Of a DNA stretch of 64,000 bases, positions 38,831 to 54,275 are shown piece by piece; position 1 is the stretch's first letter, and the number at the start of each line of letters is the position of its first letter. The translations under genes were made by a program, and so were the position numbers. Location of the stretch: contig CAWFDF010000014.1 in assembly GCA_963814585.1 (NCBI GenBank), positions 288,001-352,000 on the forward strand, given 5' to 3'. A model generated the notes under the pieces. It was not told the DNA's origin, ran no database searches, and worked only from the letters and a program-made list of their open reading frames with translations. This stretch comes from an uncultured delta proteobacterium (GTDB lineage Bacteria > Myxococcota > Myxococcia > Myxococcales > Anaeromyxobacteraceae).

Positions 38831-40630
38831 CTACTCGACGTACAGGGAGTCGAGCAGGGCCTGGTTGTTCTTGGTGACCACCTTGCGCTTCAGCTTGAGG
38901 GTGGGCGTCAGCTCGCCGGACTCCTGCGTGAAGTCCTTCGGCAGCACCACGAACCGCTTGATGGTGGAGTAGCTGGGCTGGCGGGCGTTGAGCGCGTCGA
39001 TCGTCGCCTGGAGCCGGGCGTGCAGCCTGGGGTCCGAGTAGATGGGCGCGCCCGGGGGCAGGCCGTTGTCCTTCGCCCAGGTGGCCGCGGTCTCCGGGTT
39101 GAGGGTGACGAGCGCGGAGAGGAACTTGCGCTTGTCGCCGTGCACCAGCACCTGCGAGATGAGCGTGTCGGTCTTCAGGTCGTTCTCGAGGTTCTGCGGC
39201 GCCACGTTCTTGCCGCCGGCGGTGACGATGATGTCCTTCTTCCGGTCGGTGATGCGCAGGCAGCCGTCGGCGTCCACCTCGCCGATGTCTCCGGTGTAGA
39301 GCCAGCCGTCCTGGAGCGCCTCCGCCGTGGCGGCGGGGTTGGCGTGGTACTCCCTCATGATGCACGGCCCCTTGATGAGGATCTCGCCGTCCGCGGCGAT
39401 CTTCACCTCGGTGCCGGGCACCGGGGGGCCCACCGTCCCGATCTTGTTCTTGCCCGGGCGGTTCACGAAGGTCCCGGCGCTCGACTCGGTGAGCCCGTAG
39501 CCCTCGAGGATCTCGAGCCCGCAGAAGGCGAAGAAGTGGTTGATCTTGGCCGAGAGGGGGGCGCCGCCGGAGACGAAGTGGCGCACCCGGCCACCGAACC
39601 GCTCCTTGAGCGCCGCCGCCAGCTTGGGGAAGACCAGCTTGCGGCCGAGCGAGAGCTTCCAGTTCGACTGGTCGACGCCCCGCTCCATGCCGGCGGCCCA
39701 CTCGTCGAAGCCCTCCATGGTCATCTTGAAGAGCTTGCCCTTCAGGCCCGGCGTGGCCAGCCCCTTGCCGACCACGGCGTTGTAGGCCTTCTCGAAGACG
39801 CGCGGCACCGAGGGCACCACCGTGGGCCGGATCTCCCCGGCGTTGTCGACGATCCTGTCCATCGACTCGACGAAGGCGAAGCTGGCGCCGGTGGCGAACA
39901 CCACCGCCTCGATGACCTTGGCGAAGGAGTGGGCCATGGGCAGGAAGAGCAGGACCAGGTCGTCGGGCCGCACCAGGTCCATGGTGGCGACCGTGATCGC
40001 CTCGTACGACCAGTTGCCGTGGGTGAGCACCACGCCCTTGGGGTTGCCGGTGGTGCCGGAGGTGTAGATGAAGGTGGCCGGCCCGTCGGGCGGGATGGCG
40101 GCCAGCCGGGCGGCGTGGGCGCCGGGGTTGGCCTTGGCGTACTCGACGCCGGCCGCCTCCAGCTGGGCCAGGGTGCGCTCGAAGCCGCCCGGCTTGGCGC
40201 CCGCCGTGCACACGATCCCCTGCAGCAACGGGAGCTTGCCCGCCACCTCGCGGATCTTGGCCGACTGGATCTCGGTGTCGCAGAAGATCAGCCGGGCCCC
40301 CGAGTTCTCCAGGATGTACTGGACCTCGTGGGGCAGGTTGGACTGGTAGCTGGTGACGGTGATGGCGCCGGCGCCGAGGATGCCGAGGTCGGCGATGATC
40401 CACTCCAGGTTGGTCTCGCCCATCACCGCGATCCGGTCGCCGGGCTTGATCCCGCTGGCGGCCAGGCCATCGGCCACGTTGCGGGCCCGCCGGGCCAGCT
40501 CGCGCCAGGAGACGGCCTCCCACTTCCCGTTCCGCTTGTGGTTGACGGCGGCCTGATCGCCGCGGCGCTTGGCGGTCTCCTCGAATACCGATACCAGGTT
40601 CACGGCCTTGGCGTTGCTCGGTGCGGTCAT
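38831..40630 (-). CDS. fadD: long-chain fatty acid-CoA ligase
   Basis: YTSGTTGNPKG, EGYGLTE, TGDIG, DRKKDII, TPTLKLKR. Confidence 0.92.
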   Translation of the reverse strand: MTAPSNAKAVNLVSVFEETAKRRGDQAAVNHKRNGKWEAVSWRELARRARNVADGLAASGIKPGDRIAVMGETNLEWIIADLGILGAGAITVTSYQSNLPHEVQYILENSGARLIFCDTEIQSAKIREVAGKLPLLQGIVCTAGAKPGGFERTLAQLEAAGVEYAKANPGAHAARLAAIPPDGPATFIYTSGTTGNPKGVVLTHGNWSYEAITVATMDLVRPDDLVLLFLPMAHSFAKVIEAVVFATGASFAFVESMDRIVDNAGEIRPTVVPSVPRVFEKAYNAVVGKGLATPGLKGKLFKMTMEGFDEWAAGMERGVDQSNWKLSLGRKLVFPKLAAALKERFGGRVRHFVSGGAPLSAKINHFFAFCGLEILEGYGLTESSAGTFVNRPGKNKIGTVGPPVPGTEVKIAADGEILIKGPCIMREYHANPAATAEALQDGWLYTGDIGEVDADGCLRITDRKKDIIVTAGGKNVAPQNLENDLKTDTLISQVLVHGDKRKFLSALVTLNPETAATWAKDNGLPPGAPIYSDPRLHARLQATIDALNARQPSYSTIKRFVVLPKDFTQESGELTPTLKLKRKVVTKNNQALLDSLYVE

Positions 40631-40657
40631 GATCGGTGGACCTCGTGGTGGGTTGGG

Positions 40658-41479
40658 CTACTTCCTGGAGAGCTTGTCGAGCGCCTCGCGCGCCACCACC
40701 TGCCAGCGGCGCTGCTCCGGCGGATCGGCCTTCCCCGGGACGATGGCGATCGCCCGCTGGTAGGCCGCCAGGGCCTCCTCCTTGCGCCCCTCGTCGAGCA
40801 GCAGGTCGCCCAGGTAGACGTGGGCGCGGACGTTCTCGCCGTTGCGGGCGATGGCGTCGCGCAGGTGCTTCTCGCTGAGCTTGGCGTCGTGCTTCGGCCA
40901 GGGCAGCTCGTAGTAGAAGCGTCCCCAGCTCATGGGGATGAGGCCGGCCTCGAAGCCCGGATCGATCTCCTCGGCGCGAGTGAGCCGCTCCTTGAACTTC
41001 CCCTCGATCCCCTTCATCAGGGCCGAGACCACGCCGATGCCGAGCGAGTAGTTCCCCACCCCGCTCATGGCGAAGAAGTGGCCCTCCACCCGGTCGGGCT
41101 CGAGCTCGCGGGCCTTGTCACCGAGCGTCCAGGCCTGCTTCCCGATGGTGCTCTTCTGCTCCGCGGGCAGCTTCGGCTCCTCGGCCATCCAGGTGAGGTG
41201 GCGCGCCTGACGCCAGAGGACGTCGAAGCTGGCGGGCGCCAGCCGCTCGGCGGCGAGGAGCGCGTCCCCCAGCTCGTCCAGCTTGCCCGGCTGATCGCGG
41301 ACGAGCCAGGCCTCGTCCGCCCTGGCCAGCAGCCTGACGAGCTCGCTCGCCAGGGGCGCCACCGAGGCAGGCAGCGTGCCCTTCTCGGTGGCAGGAGTTG
41401 CGGCAGGATTTGCGGGGGGTCCGGATGGTCCTGGTTCCGCGGCCGTGAGGGCGGCGAGCAACAGGGGAAGCGCGATCAT
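40658..41479 (-). CDS. exported tetratricopeptide-repeat protein (TatT/RMDN-like helical repeats)
   Basis: Signal peptide; LWRQAR, GRFYYELPW, TPR AHVYLGDLL. Confidence 0.75.
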   Translation of the reverse strand: MIALPLLLAALTAAEPGPSGPPANPAATPATEKGTLPASVAPLASELVRLLARADEAWLVRDQPGKLDELGDALLAAERLAPASFDVLWRQARHLTWMAEEPKLPAEQKSTIGKQAWTLGDKARELEPDRVEGHFFAMSGVGNYSLGIGVVSALMKGIEGKFKERLTRAEEIDPGFEAGLIPMSWGRFYYELPWPKHDAKLSEKHLRDAIARNGENVRAHVYLGDLLLDEGRKEEALAAYQRAIAIVPGKADPPEQRRWQVVAREALDKLSRK

Positions 41480-41560
41480 GGTGCCTACTGTGACCCGTTC
41501 TCAGGCGGCCTGCACGAACTTCCGGCTGCGCCGCCGCCACGCCCTGCTTAGCGCGCTGCG

Positions 41561-43562
41561 TCAACTCCCGCAGACGCAGGTGCCCTTGCGCGGCGCCGGC
41601 TTCCTTCTGGCAGACCCAGGGGGTCTTCCTGACGCCCAGGGCGATCTCGCAGTCGACGGGGCCGTCGCAGCCGCCGGAGGGCACCAGGCCGAGGTAGTCG
41701 GCCGAGTAGGTCTCACCGGGGTTGGCCGTGCAGCGCAGCACCGAGCGGTTGATGTAGATGAACCGGCTGGCCCCGGTCGGGACCTGGTTGTTCAGGTCGC
41801 TGCCGTCGGTGAACCACCAGTCGTAGTCGTCGAGCGCCGCGCCGGTGGTCCCGACCGGCGCCGGGGCGGAGCAGGTCTTCCGGGTCTTGCCGTCGGATCC
41901 CGCGATGCGGAGGATGGTGACCGACGCCGAGGCCGGCTGGGTGGGGAGCTGCAGGCCGGACGGCTGCTTCACCACGTCGGCGACGCGGTTGAGGATGGAG
42001 GAGAAGTCGGGGCCGGTGGCGCCGCCGGGATGGCAGATGGAGCCCACCACCACGTCGGAGCCGATGGTGGTGAAGCTCCCGGCCAGATCGACGAACCGGT
42101 AACCGGCCCCCTGCCCGCCGCAGACGCCGTCGAGCGTGCAGACCGAGGCGGAGCCGGTGCAGACCGTGTCGCAGCAGATGCCGGCCCGGCAGGCCCCGTC
42201 GACGCAGGACTCGCCCGTGGCCGAGACGATGAAGCCGGTCGCCAGCGGCGGGCCGAGCCCGGTGAGGAAGGAGGAGAACTGCTCCAGCGGGTAGCGCTTC
42301 TGCTGGTCGGCCGGGAGCGAGCCGTCGGCCTCGCAGGCGTCGCCGGACAGCGAGAAGATCACCCCCGCGGAGGCGTCCTCGGGCGAGGAGCAGTCGTCCT
42401 CGTCACCGACCCACACCGTCACCAGCTTCGACCTCGGGTGCGGCCACGCCGGCGGCTGGCCGTCGACGTCGTCGGGCTGGGAGAGTCCGTCCTGGCGGAG
42501 CGCCTTCTTCACGGCGCGGCGCGCCGCCTCCAGCCCCTGCTCCTGCCCCGACCCGCAGGTCCCGACCATGACGTTGGCGTTGAACCAGTCGATGCGCCTG
42601 GCGAGCTCGGCGTCGTCGACCACCGGCGGGTCGCAGGTGGCCGGCGCCCCGGCCCCCAGGCAGGCGCAGGCCGAGCCGTCGGCGGTGCGGGTGCAGAACA
42701 GGTCCTTGTCGAAGTGGATGACCCGGGGCTTCGGGCCGACCGGCGACGTGGCGTCGAGCGCCTTCACGAAGTCGCCGCGCGGGTAGAGCGTGGACTCGCC
42801 CGCCGAGATGCCGGGGTTGCACTGGAGCTGGTCGATGGCCCCGGCGCCGTTGCAGCAGTACAGGGCGCCCGCCGCCGCGCCGGTGCAGCCGGTCCTGCAG
42901 GTGTCGCCGTTGCGGCAGTCCTCGTTCCGCAGGCAGCTGCGCGGCCCGTGCGTGTAGGTGTACCGCTGCTGGATCTGGCCGCAGGCCCGGCCCAGCGTGG
43001 CGCAGCCCACCGGGTCGAGGAGCGGGTTGCCGGCCGCGTCGCCGCAGGTCAGCTCGCCGGACAGGCCGACGTTGCCGTCCTTGCAGGTCCAGGGGCCGCC
43101 GGCCCCGGTGCAGTCCGCGCTGCTCGCGCAGGGGCGCGGCGCGGTGAGCGGCTGGTTGGAGAGGGTCTCGCAGCAGACCTGCCCGGCCTTGCCGCCGCAG
43201 CTCGACTGGCAGGTGGCGCCACCCGCGACGGGCCGGTTGAGGAAGACCGAGGTGGTGGTGATGGCGATGTGGAAGTCGATGGGCTCGAGCCCGTTGGTCA
43301 CCCGGACCTGGTTGGTGTCCTTCAGGTTGGTGACGAAGGCGCCGAAGCTCTGCCGCAGCGACTGCTGCTCGCCGCCCATCGACCCCGAGTCGTCGACCAC
43401 GAAGAGGATGTCGGCGGTCGAGATGTCGGAGAGGGTGACGCGCTCGGTGCCCGGCTGGATCAGGCACTGGTTGACCGGGCTGAAGTTGTAGTCCTGGCAG
43501 CCGGCCAGCGCCAGGAGCGCGACGAGCGCGAGCGGGGCGGAGCGGCGTGGGCGGCGCGTCAT
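41561..43562 (-). CDS. Cys-rich VWA-domain lipoprotein, CglB-like; one extra base near 41590
   Basis: Lipobox [38 protein letters not shown]; removing one base ends the protein at [11 protein letters not shown] (41561). Confidence 0.7.
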
Positions 43563-43641
43563 CGAGGTGGCCTCCGAGGAGACGCGATTGTAGCCCCGAA
43601 TCGGTCCGGCACGGAACTGGCCGCCGGCGTCCAGGTGGTCG

Positions 43642-45199
<1,558 letters not shown>

Positions 45200-45218
45200 G
45201 TGGCCCCCGCCGCTCGGC

Positions 45219-46712
<1,494 letters not shown>

Positions 46713-46791
46713 TCAAGGCGACCCAGGACGCCGACACCACTCGCCTTTCGGGTTGCGGGCGGCGGCCCGCCGCTCCAATAATCGCCGCCCC

Positions 46792-49098
<2,307 letters not shown>

Positions 49099-49119
49099 CC
49101 GCCGGCGGGACGGCTGCGG

Positions 49120-49788
49120 CTACGGCGGCGCCGGTGGCGGGACGTCGCCGCGGCGCCGGAGCCACCAGCGGATCCCCAGGCCGGCCACCAGCACCAGCAC
49201 CGCGGCCAGGATGTAGTTGCCGAAGCTCGCGGCGTGGCGCGCCGCCTCGCCGATGTTGGAGCCGAAGTAGAAGCCCAGGCAGACCCAGAGCGGCGCCGAG
49301 ACCGCCGCGGCCACGCCGTCGAAGAGCAGGAACTCCCAGTAGGGCAGCTTCGAATGACCCACCGTGAAGTAGGTGGGGGCGCGCAGGCCGGGCAGGAAGC
49401 GGGCGATCATCACCACCACGTTGCCGCGCCGGCGGATCATCTGCTCGGCCTCGGCCAGCCGGGCCGGCGTGATGATCCGGCGCAGGGGCGGGATCTCGGC
49501 GACCCGCGCCCCCAGCTTGCGCCCGGCCCAGAAGATCACGGAGTCGCCCACCAGGATCCCGCCCAGGCCGTACAGCACCATGATGTGGAGGCCGGGGTGG
49601 TGGAGCATGGAGCTGACGGTGACCACCTCCATGTCGCTGCCCATCCAGGCCAGCACGCCGCCGGTGACCAGCACGATGTCCTCGGGCATGGGCAGCCCGA
49701 AGCCGCACAGCACCAGCACGCCGAAGACGGCGGCGTACCCAACGGTCAGGCCGTGGCCGGAGAGCAGGTCGACGAGGCGCTGAAGCAT
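49120..49788 (-). CDS. DedA family membrane protein
   Basis: GLPMPED, GDS-FWAGR, ARFLPGLR. Confidence 0.92.
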   Translation of the reverse strand: MLQRLVDLLSGHGLTVGYAAVFGVLVLCGFGLPMPEDIVLVTGGVLAWMGSDMEVVTVSSMLHHPGLHIMVLYGLGGILVGDSVIFWAGRKLGARVAEIPPLRRIITPARLAEAEQMIRRRGNVVVMIARFLPGLRAPTYFTVGHSKLPYWEFLLFDGVAAAVSAPLWVCLGFYFGSNIGEAARHAASFGNYILAAVLVLVAGLGIRWWLRRRGDVPPPAPP

Positions 49789-49854
49789 GGAAGGCCGATA
49801 GTCGCCGCACTCCCGGCCGGAGTCCAGCCCGACTCGCCGTCACCGCGCCGGTCG

Positions 49855-50319
49855 TCACTCTCCCAGGGGCTTGCGCGTGGACAGCTCGCGCAGCAGCTCC
49901 CGGTTCTCCCCCACCCGCCCGGCCAGCTCCCCGGCGATGGCCAGCGCCAGCTTGAGGCAGGCCTGGGGCTTCTGCGGCTGCAGCCTGGAGAAGTCGCGCT
50001 GGGTCAGCTCGACGACCTCGCAGGGGACCGCGGCTACCGCGGAGACCAGCCGCGTGCTCTTCGCCAGCAGCCCCAGCGCGCCGAGGTGCTCGCCCGGGCC
50101 CAGCACCGCCAGCTCGCGGTCCCCCTTGGCGTCCTTCTGCGTGATCCGGACCTGCCCGCTCCGGACGATGAAGAGCGACTCGCCGACCATGCCCTCGGCG
50201 AAGAGCGGCACGCCGGCCTCCACGGACTTCTCCACCGCGATGGCGGCGAAGATGCGGATGCCGGTCTCGGTGAACTCCTTGAACAGGGCGCAGCCCTGCA
50301 GGGCCTCGATGACGGTCAT
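49855..50319 (-). CDS. stand-alone cyclic nucleotide-binding domain protein
   Basis: LFAEG, LFIVRSGQV, LGPGEHLG; canonical GE in the binding cassette appears as GA. Confidence 0.85.
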   Translation of the reverse strand: MTVIEALQGCALFKEFTETGIRIFAAIAVEKSVEAGVPLFAEGMVGESLFIVRSGQVRITQKDAKGDRELAVLGPGEHLGALGLLAKSTRLVSAVAAVPCEVVELTQRDFSRLQPQKPQACLKLALAIAGELAGRVGENRELLRELSTRKPLGE

Positions 50320-50840
50320 GGCCGCCCCTCGGCGCGGTAGCGGGCCGCGTACTCGACGTAGTGCGCCGCCGAGGCGCGCAGGCCGTCCACCTCGGCGTCG
50401 CCGAGCATGCGCCTCACCCGCGCCGGCGCCCCCATCACCAGCGCCCGGGGCGGCACCACCATCCCCGGCGGCACCAGCGCCCCGGCGCCCACCATCGCCT
50501 CCTCCCCCACCACCGCGCCGTCGAGCACGATGGCGCCGATGCCGATGAGGCAGCGGTCCCTCACGGTGCAGCCGTGGAGGACGGCCTGGTGACCGACGGT
50601 CACGTCGTCGCCGATCACCGTGGGGTGGGTCCCGCCGGTGACGTGGACCACCGCCTGGTCCTGGATGTTGGTCCGGGCCCCGATGCGGACGGTGTTCACG
50701 TCGCCGCGGATCACGGCGCCGAACCAGATCGAGGAGCCCGCGCCGAGGACCACGTCACCGACCACCACGCAACCGGTGGCGAGGAACACCGACGGATCGA
50801 TGCGCGGCGACACGCCGCCGAACGCTCTGACCTCAGCCAT
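50316..50840 (-). CDS. gamma carbonic anhydrase family protein
   Basis: IRGD, NIQD-VVH, VGHQAVLHGC hexapeptide repeats. Confidence 0.93.
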   Translation of the reverse strand: MAEVRAFGGVSPRIDPSVFLATGCVVVGDVVLGAGSSIWFGAVIRGDVNTVRIGARTNIQDQAVVHVTGGTHPTVIGDDVTVGHQAVLHGCTVRDRCLIGIGAIVLDGAVVGEEAMVGAGALVPPGMVVPPRALVMGAPARVRRMLGDAEVDGLRASAAHYVEYAARYRAEGRP

Positions 50841-51271
50841 CAGCGGGCGATGCTAGCCCGCACCCTCCAGCGTCGCAAGATGAGCCACGCCAGCAGCGCG
50901 CCGAGCACGGCGCCGAGGGTGTCCGCCACCCAGTCGGCCAGGTCGGCCGAGCGGCGCGGCACGAACCGCTGGTGGAGCTCGTCGGTGGCGCCGTAGAGGG
51001 AGCCGACGAGGGCGGCCCACCGCGCCGCCCGCGGCAGCGCCACGAGGTGCGAGAGGCTCCAGGTCGCCACCGCCGCGAAAGCCGCGTACTCCACCAGGTG
51101 GAGCAGCTTGTCGTTCAGCCGGCCGGAGAGGTGGGGCAGCGGGTTGGGCAGGCTGGAGAGCCAGAAGATGAGGGCGGCGTAGGCGATGGCCGGGAGCAGC
51201 CAGTAGAGCGCCAGCCACCAGCGCGGGGGCGGGATCTCCGGAGGTTCGCCCGGCGTGGCATCCTGTCTCAT
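50840..51271 (-). CDS. VanZ family membrane protein
   Basis: DKLLHLVEY, YGATDELHQRFVPRR, DWVAD. Confidence 0.88.
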   Translation of the reverse strand: MRQDATPGEPPEIPPPRWWLALYWLLPAIAYAALIFWLSSLPNPLPHLSGRLNDKLLHLVEYAAFAAVATWSLSHLVALPRAARWAALVGSLYGATDELHQRFVPRRSADLADWVADTLGAVLGALLAWLILRRWRVRASIAR

Positions 51272-52677
51272 GCCGCCTCGCCGGCCCGACCCAGCAGCTG
51301 GCCGGTCAGCGAGGCCCGGCCGGCGCGCACCACCCTCACCCGGACCAGCGCGCCGGTAGGGGCCTCGTCGGGCGTGGCGGCGACGTGGACCATGCGGTTC
51401 TCGGGGGTCCGGCCGTAGCGCCGCACGCCGTCCTCGCCGGTCCCCTCCACCAGGACCTCCACCTCCCGCCCCAGCTCGGCCCGCATCCCCTCGGCGGTGA
51501 TGGACCGCTGCACCGCCAGCAGCCGCTCCAGCCGCTGCAGCGCGACCGGGCGGGCCACCTCCGCCCACTCCGGCGCGCTCCCCAGGCGGCGCTCGGCCAC
51601 GGTGTGCGGGCGCGGGCTGAAGACGAAGGAGAAGGAGTTCTCGAAGCCGGCCCGGCGCAGGAGCGCCAGCGACCCCTCGAAGTCGGTCTCGGTCTCGCCC
51701 GGGAAGCCGACGATGAAGTCGGTGGTGATGGCCATCCCCGGCCTCGCCTCCACCAGGGCGTCGTGGCGGGCCAGGTACTCGTCCACGGTGTAGTCGCGCC
51801 GCATGCGCGACAGCACGGCGTCCGAGCCGGACTGCACCGGCAGGTGGAAGTGCCCCATCACCTTCGGCTCGTCCCGGAAGACCGCCACCAGCTCGTCGGA
51901 GAGGTCGTGGGGGTGGCTGGTGGTGAAGCGGACCCGGAGGATGCCGTCGACGGCCGCCACCCGGCGCAGCAGCGCGGCGAACGAGGCGCCGCCCCGGTAC
52001 GAGTTGACGTTCTGCCCGATGAGCGTGACCTCGCGGACGCCGACCCCGGCCAGCCTGGCGCACTCGGCCACCACCTCGTCGACGGGGCGGGAGACCTCCC
52101 GGCCGCGGGTGTGCGGCACCACGCAGAAGGCGCAGACGTTGTCGCACCCCTTCATGACGGTGACGAAGGCGGTGGCCCGTCCCCGGGCCGCCTCTGCGTC
52201 GGCGCCCGGAAAGAGGTACGCCTCCGAGTCCATCCAGCCGGTCTCGGCGAACCGCTCCAGCCCGGCGGCCCGCTCCAGCAGCTCGGGCAACCGGCCGAGG
52301 TTGTCGGGGCCGAAGACGAAGTCGATGGCCGGGACCAGCTTGAGCAGCCGCTCCTTCTCCTGCTGGGCCACGCAGCCCGCCACGGCGATGAGGGAGCCGC
52401 GGCGGGCCTTCACCGCCCGGTAGCGCCCCAGCGCCGAGAGCAGCTTCTGCTCCGCCTTGTCCCGGATGGCGCAGGTGTTGAGCAGGATCAGGTCGGCCTC
52501 GTCGGCGCTGCCGGCACGGGCGTAGCCGTGGCGCCCCAGCAGCTCGGCCATCCGGTCGGAGTCCGACTCGTTCATCTGGCAGCCGAAGGTGTGGACGAAC
52601 ACCCGGCGCGCCCCCTCCAGCGGGCTGGACGGGGGCGCCGGGGCGGCGCGCTGACCGAGGTGGATGAGCTCGTTCAC
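51268..52677 (-). CDS. miaB: tRNA-2-methylthio-N6-dimethylallyladenosine synthase
   Basis: FGCQMNESDS, NTC, GCVAQ, CDNVCAFC, FTTSHP, TRAM domain. Confidence 0.95.
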   Translation of the reverse strand: MNELIHLGQRAAPAPPSSPLEGARRVFVHTFGCQMNESDSDRMAELLGRHGYARAGSADEADLILLNTCAIRDKAEQKLLSALGRYRAVKARRGSLIAVAGCVAQQEKERLLKLVPAIDFVFGPDNLGRLPELLERAAGLERFAETGWMDSEAYLFPGADAEAARGRATAFVTVMKGCDNVCAFCVVPHTRGREVSRPVDEVVAECARLAGVGVREVTLIGQNVNSYRGGASFAALLRRVAAVDGILRVRFTTSHPHDLSDELVAVFRDEPKVMGHFHLPVQSGSDAVLSRMRRDYTVDEYLARHDALVEARPGMAITTDFIVGFPGETETDFEGSLALLRRAGFENSFSFVFSPRPHTVAERRLGSAPEWAEVARPVALQRLERLLAVQRSITAEGMRAELGREVEVLVEGTGEDGVRRYGRTPENRMVHVAATPDEAPTGALVRVRVVRAGRASLTGQLLGRAGEAA

Positions 52678-52686
52678 GGCGGCGGC

Positions 52687-52715
52687 AAGGTATGGAACCG
52701 GCGAGGGCGCGTCAA
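52687..52715 (-). promoter_or_regulatory. sigma70-type miaB promoter
   Basis: TTGACG-N17-TACCTT, 9 nt before GTG. Confidence 0.55.
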
Positions 52716-52759
52716 GGCACCCCGGGGCTCCCGGGAGGCGGCCTCCCCGGATCCGGGGC

Positions 52760-54163
52760 TCAGGCCCGGGGCAACAGCGCCTCGGCCAGGCCCTCCAGCT
52801 CGGCGAGGCTGGTGACCACCGCCACCCGGTCGCAGCTGGCCGCATACCGGGCCATCTCCCCGTCGCCCTGCTCCCACCTCGACCGCGGCTCCGGGCAGAT
52901 CCAGAGCAGCCGGCGGGCGCGGCGGCGAACCTCGTCGAGCACCCAGGCCTGCGGCGGCGCGTAGTTGGTGCGGCCGTCGCCGATGACGATCACGGTGGTC
53001 CGGCGCGTCACCGCGGCGAGGTGGTGGCGATGGAAGAGGCGGAGGGCCCGGCCGTAGTCGGAGTTGCCCAGCAGGGGGATGGTGCCGGACGCCACCGCCA
53101 GCTCGGCGGCCCGGGCCGGCTCCCGGGCCAGTCGCAGCGGCTTGGTCACCTCCCCCAGCTCGGAGACGAAGATGAAGGTCCGCGCCTGGCGCGCCCGGCC
53201 GTGCAGGATGCCGAGGAAGAGGAGCATGAGGCGCGAGACGTGGCGCATCGACTGCGACACGTCGCAGAGGATGACCAGGTCGGTTCGCTCCCGCCGCCGA
53301 TCGCGGAAGCAGAGCCGGGCCGGGACGCCGTCGAGCGCCAGGTTGAGGCGAAGCGTCCGCCGCACCGCCAGCGCGCCTCGCCGGGTGGACCGCTGGCGCC
53401 TCTCCAGCCGGGCCTTGAGCCGCTCGGCCAGCCGCCGCACCGCCTGCTCCACCCGGCGCGCCTCGGCGGGCGAGTACGGTGCCGTCCCCGGCCCCGGCAG
53501 CGCATCGGCCCGCCGGGCCTGTTCGCGCTTCGTCAGCTCGGCCTCGGCGAAGTCCCGCGCCGCGCGCTCCACCCCCTCGAACGCCTGGCGCAGCGCCCCG
53601 GAGAGGACGTCGAGCTTCGCCACGTCCAGCCCGCTCTCCCGCAGCGCCGCCTCGGCGGCGGCCCGATCGGCCGCCAGCCCGTCACCACCGGCAGCCTGCA
53701 GCAGCCGCCGGGCCGCGAAGCCGCCGTGGGCCTCGAACAGGAGCGGCAGCTCGATCCGGAGCGCGGCGGCGCGCAGCAGCCGGTGGAGCGCCAGCCGGTC
53801 CCCGCGGGTGGCCGCCTCGCCCAGCGGCCCCATCGCCGCCGCCGCCCGGCCCAGCTGGCGGATCACCATCTCCAGCTCGTCGCCCTCCAGCAGCCCGGCC
53901 TCGCGGATCCGGTCGAGCAGCGACCGCTCGGCCGCCTCGACGGAGCGCCCCAGCGCCGAGAAGTGGAGGTCGAAGAGCGCCTCGAAGGTGGGCACGTCGG
54001 CGGCCCGCTTCACCAGGGTGGCGCGCAGGGCGGCCCGCAGCGCCGCGCGCTCGGCCACGCCGGTCAGGGCCGCCGCAGCCACGGCGTCGCCGATCTCGGC
54101 GGTCGAGGCACGGACGCCGTTCCGCCGGAGCAGGCGGGCGAACTGGAGCAGGTGGGACTCCAC
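52760..54163 (-). CDS. CoxE-like VWA domain protein
   Basis: LCDVSQSM, SDYG, IGDGRTN, WICPE. Confidence 0.85.
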   Translation of the reverse strand: MESHLLQFARLLRRNGVRASTAEIGDAVAAAALTGVAERAALRAALRATLVKRAADVPTFEALFDLHFSALGRSVEAAERSLLDRIREAGLLEGDELEMVIRQLGRAAAAMGPLGEAATRGDRLALHRLLRAAALRIELPLLFEAHGGFAARRLLQAAGGDGLAADRAAAEAALRESGLDVAKLDVLSGALRQAFEGVERAARDFAEAELTKREQARRADALPGPGTAPYSPAEARRVEQAVRRLAERLKARLERRQRSTRRGALAVRRTLRLNLALDGVPARLCFRDRRRERTDLVILCDVSQSMRHVSRLMLLFLGILHGRARQARTFIFVSELGEVTKPLRLAREPARAAELAVASGTIPLLGNSDYGRALRLFHRHHLAAVTRRTTVIVIGDGRTNYAPPQAWVLDEVRRRARRLLWICPEPRSRWEQGDGEMARYAASCDRVAVVTSLAELEGLAEALLPRA

Positions 54164-54275
54164 CTCGAGAGTCTAGACCCGCGCGGCGGAGATGCCGAGC
54201 CGGTGCCGTGGCGCGGCGCGCGGGAAGGCGCCCTGGGGCTTGCCCCGGCGCTCGCGCTAGGCTTCACTCCACGGC

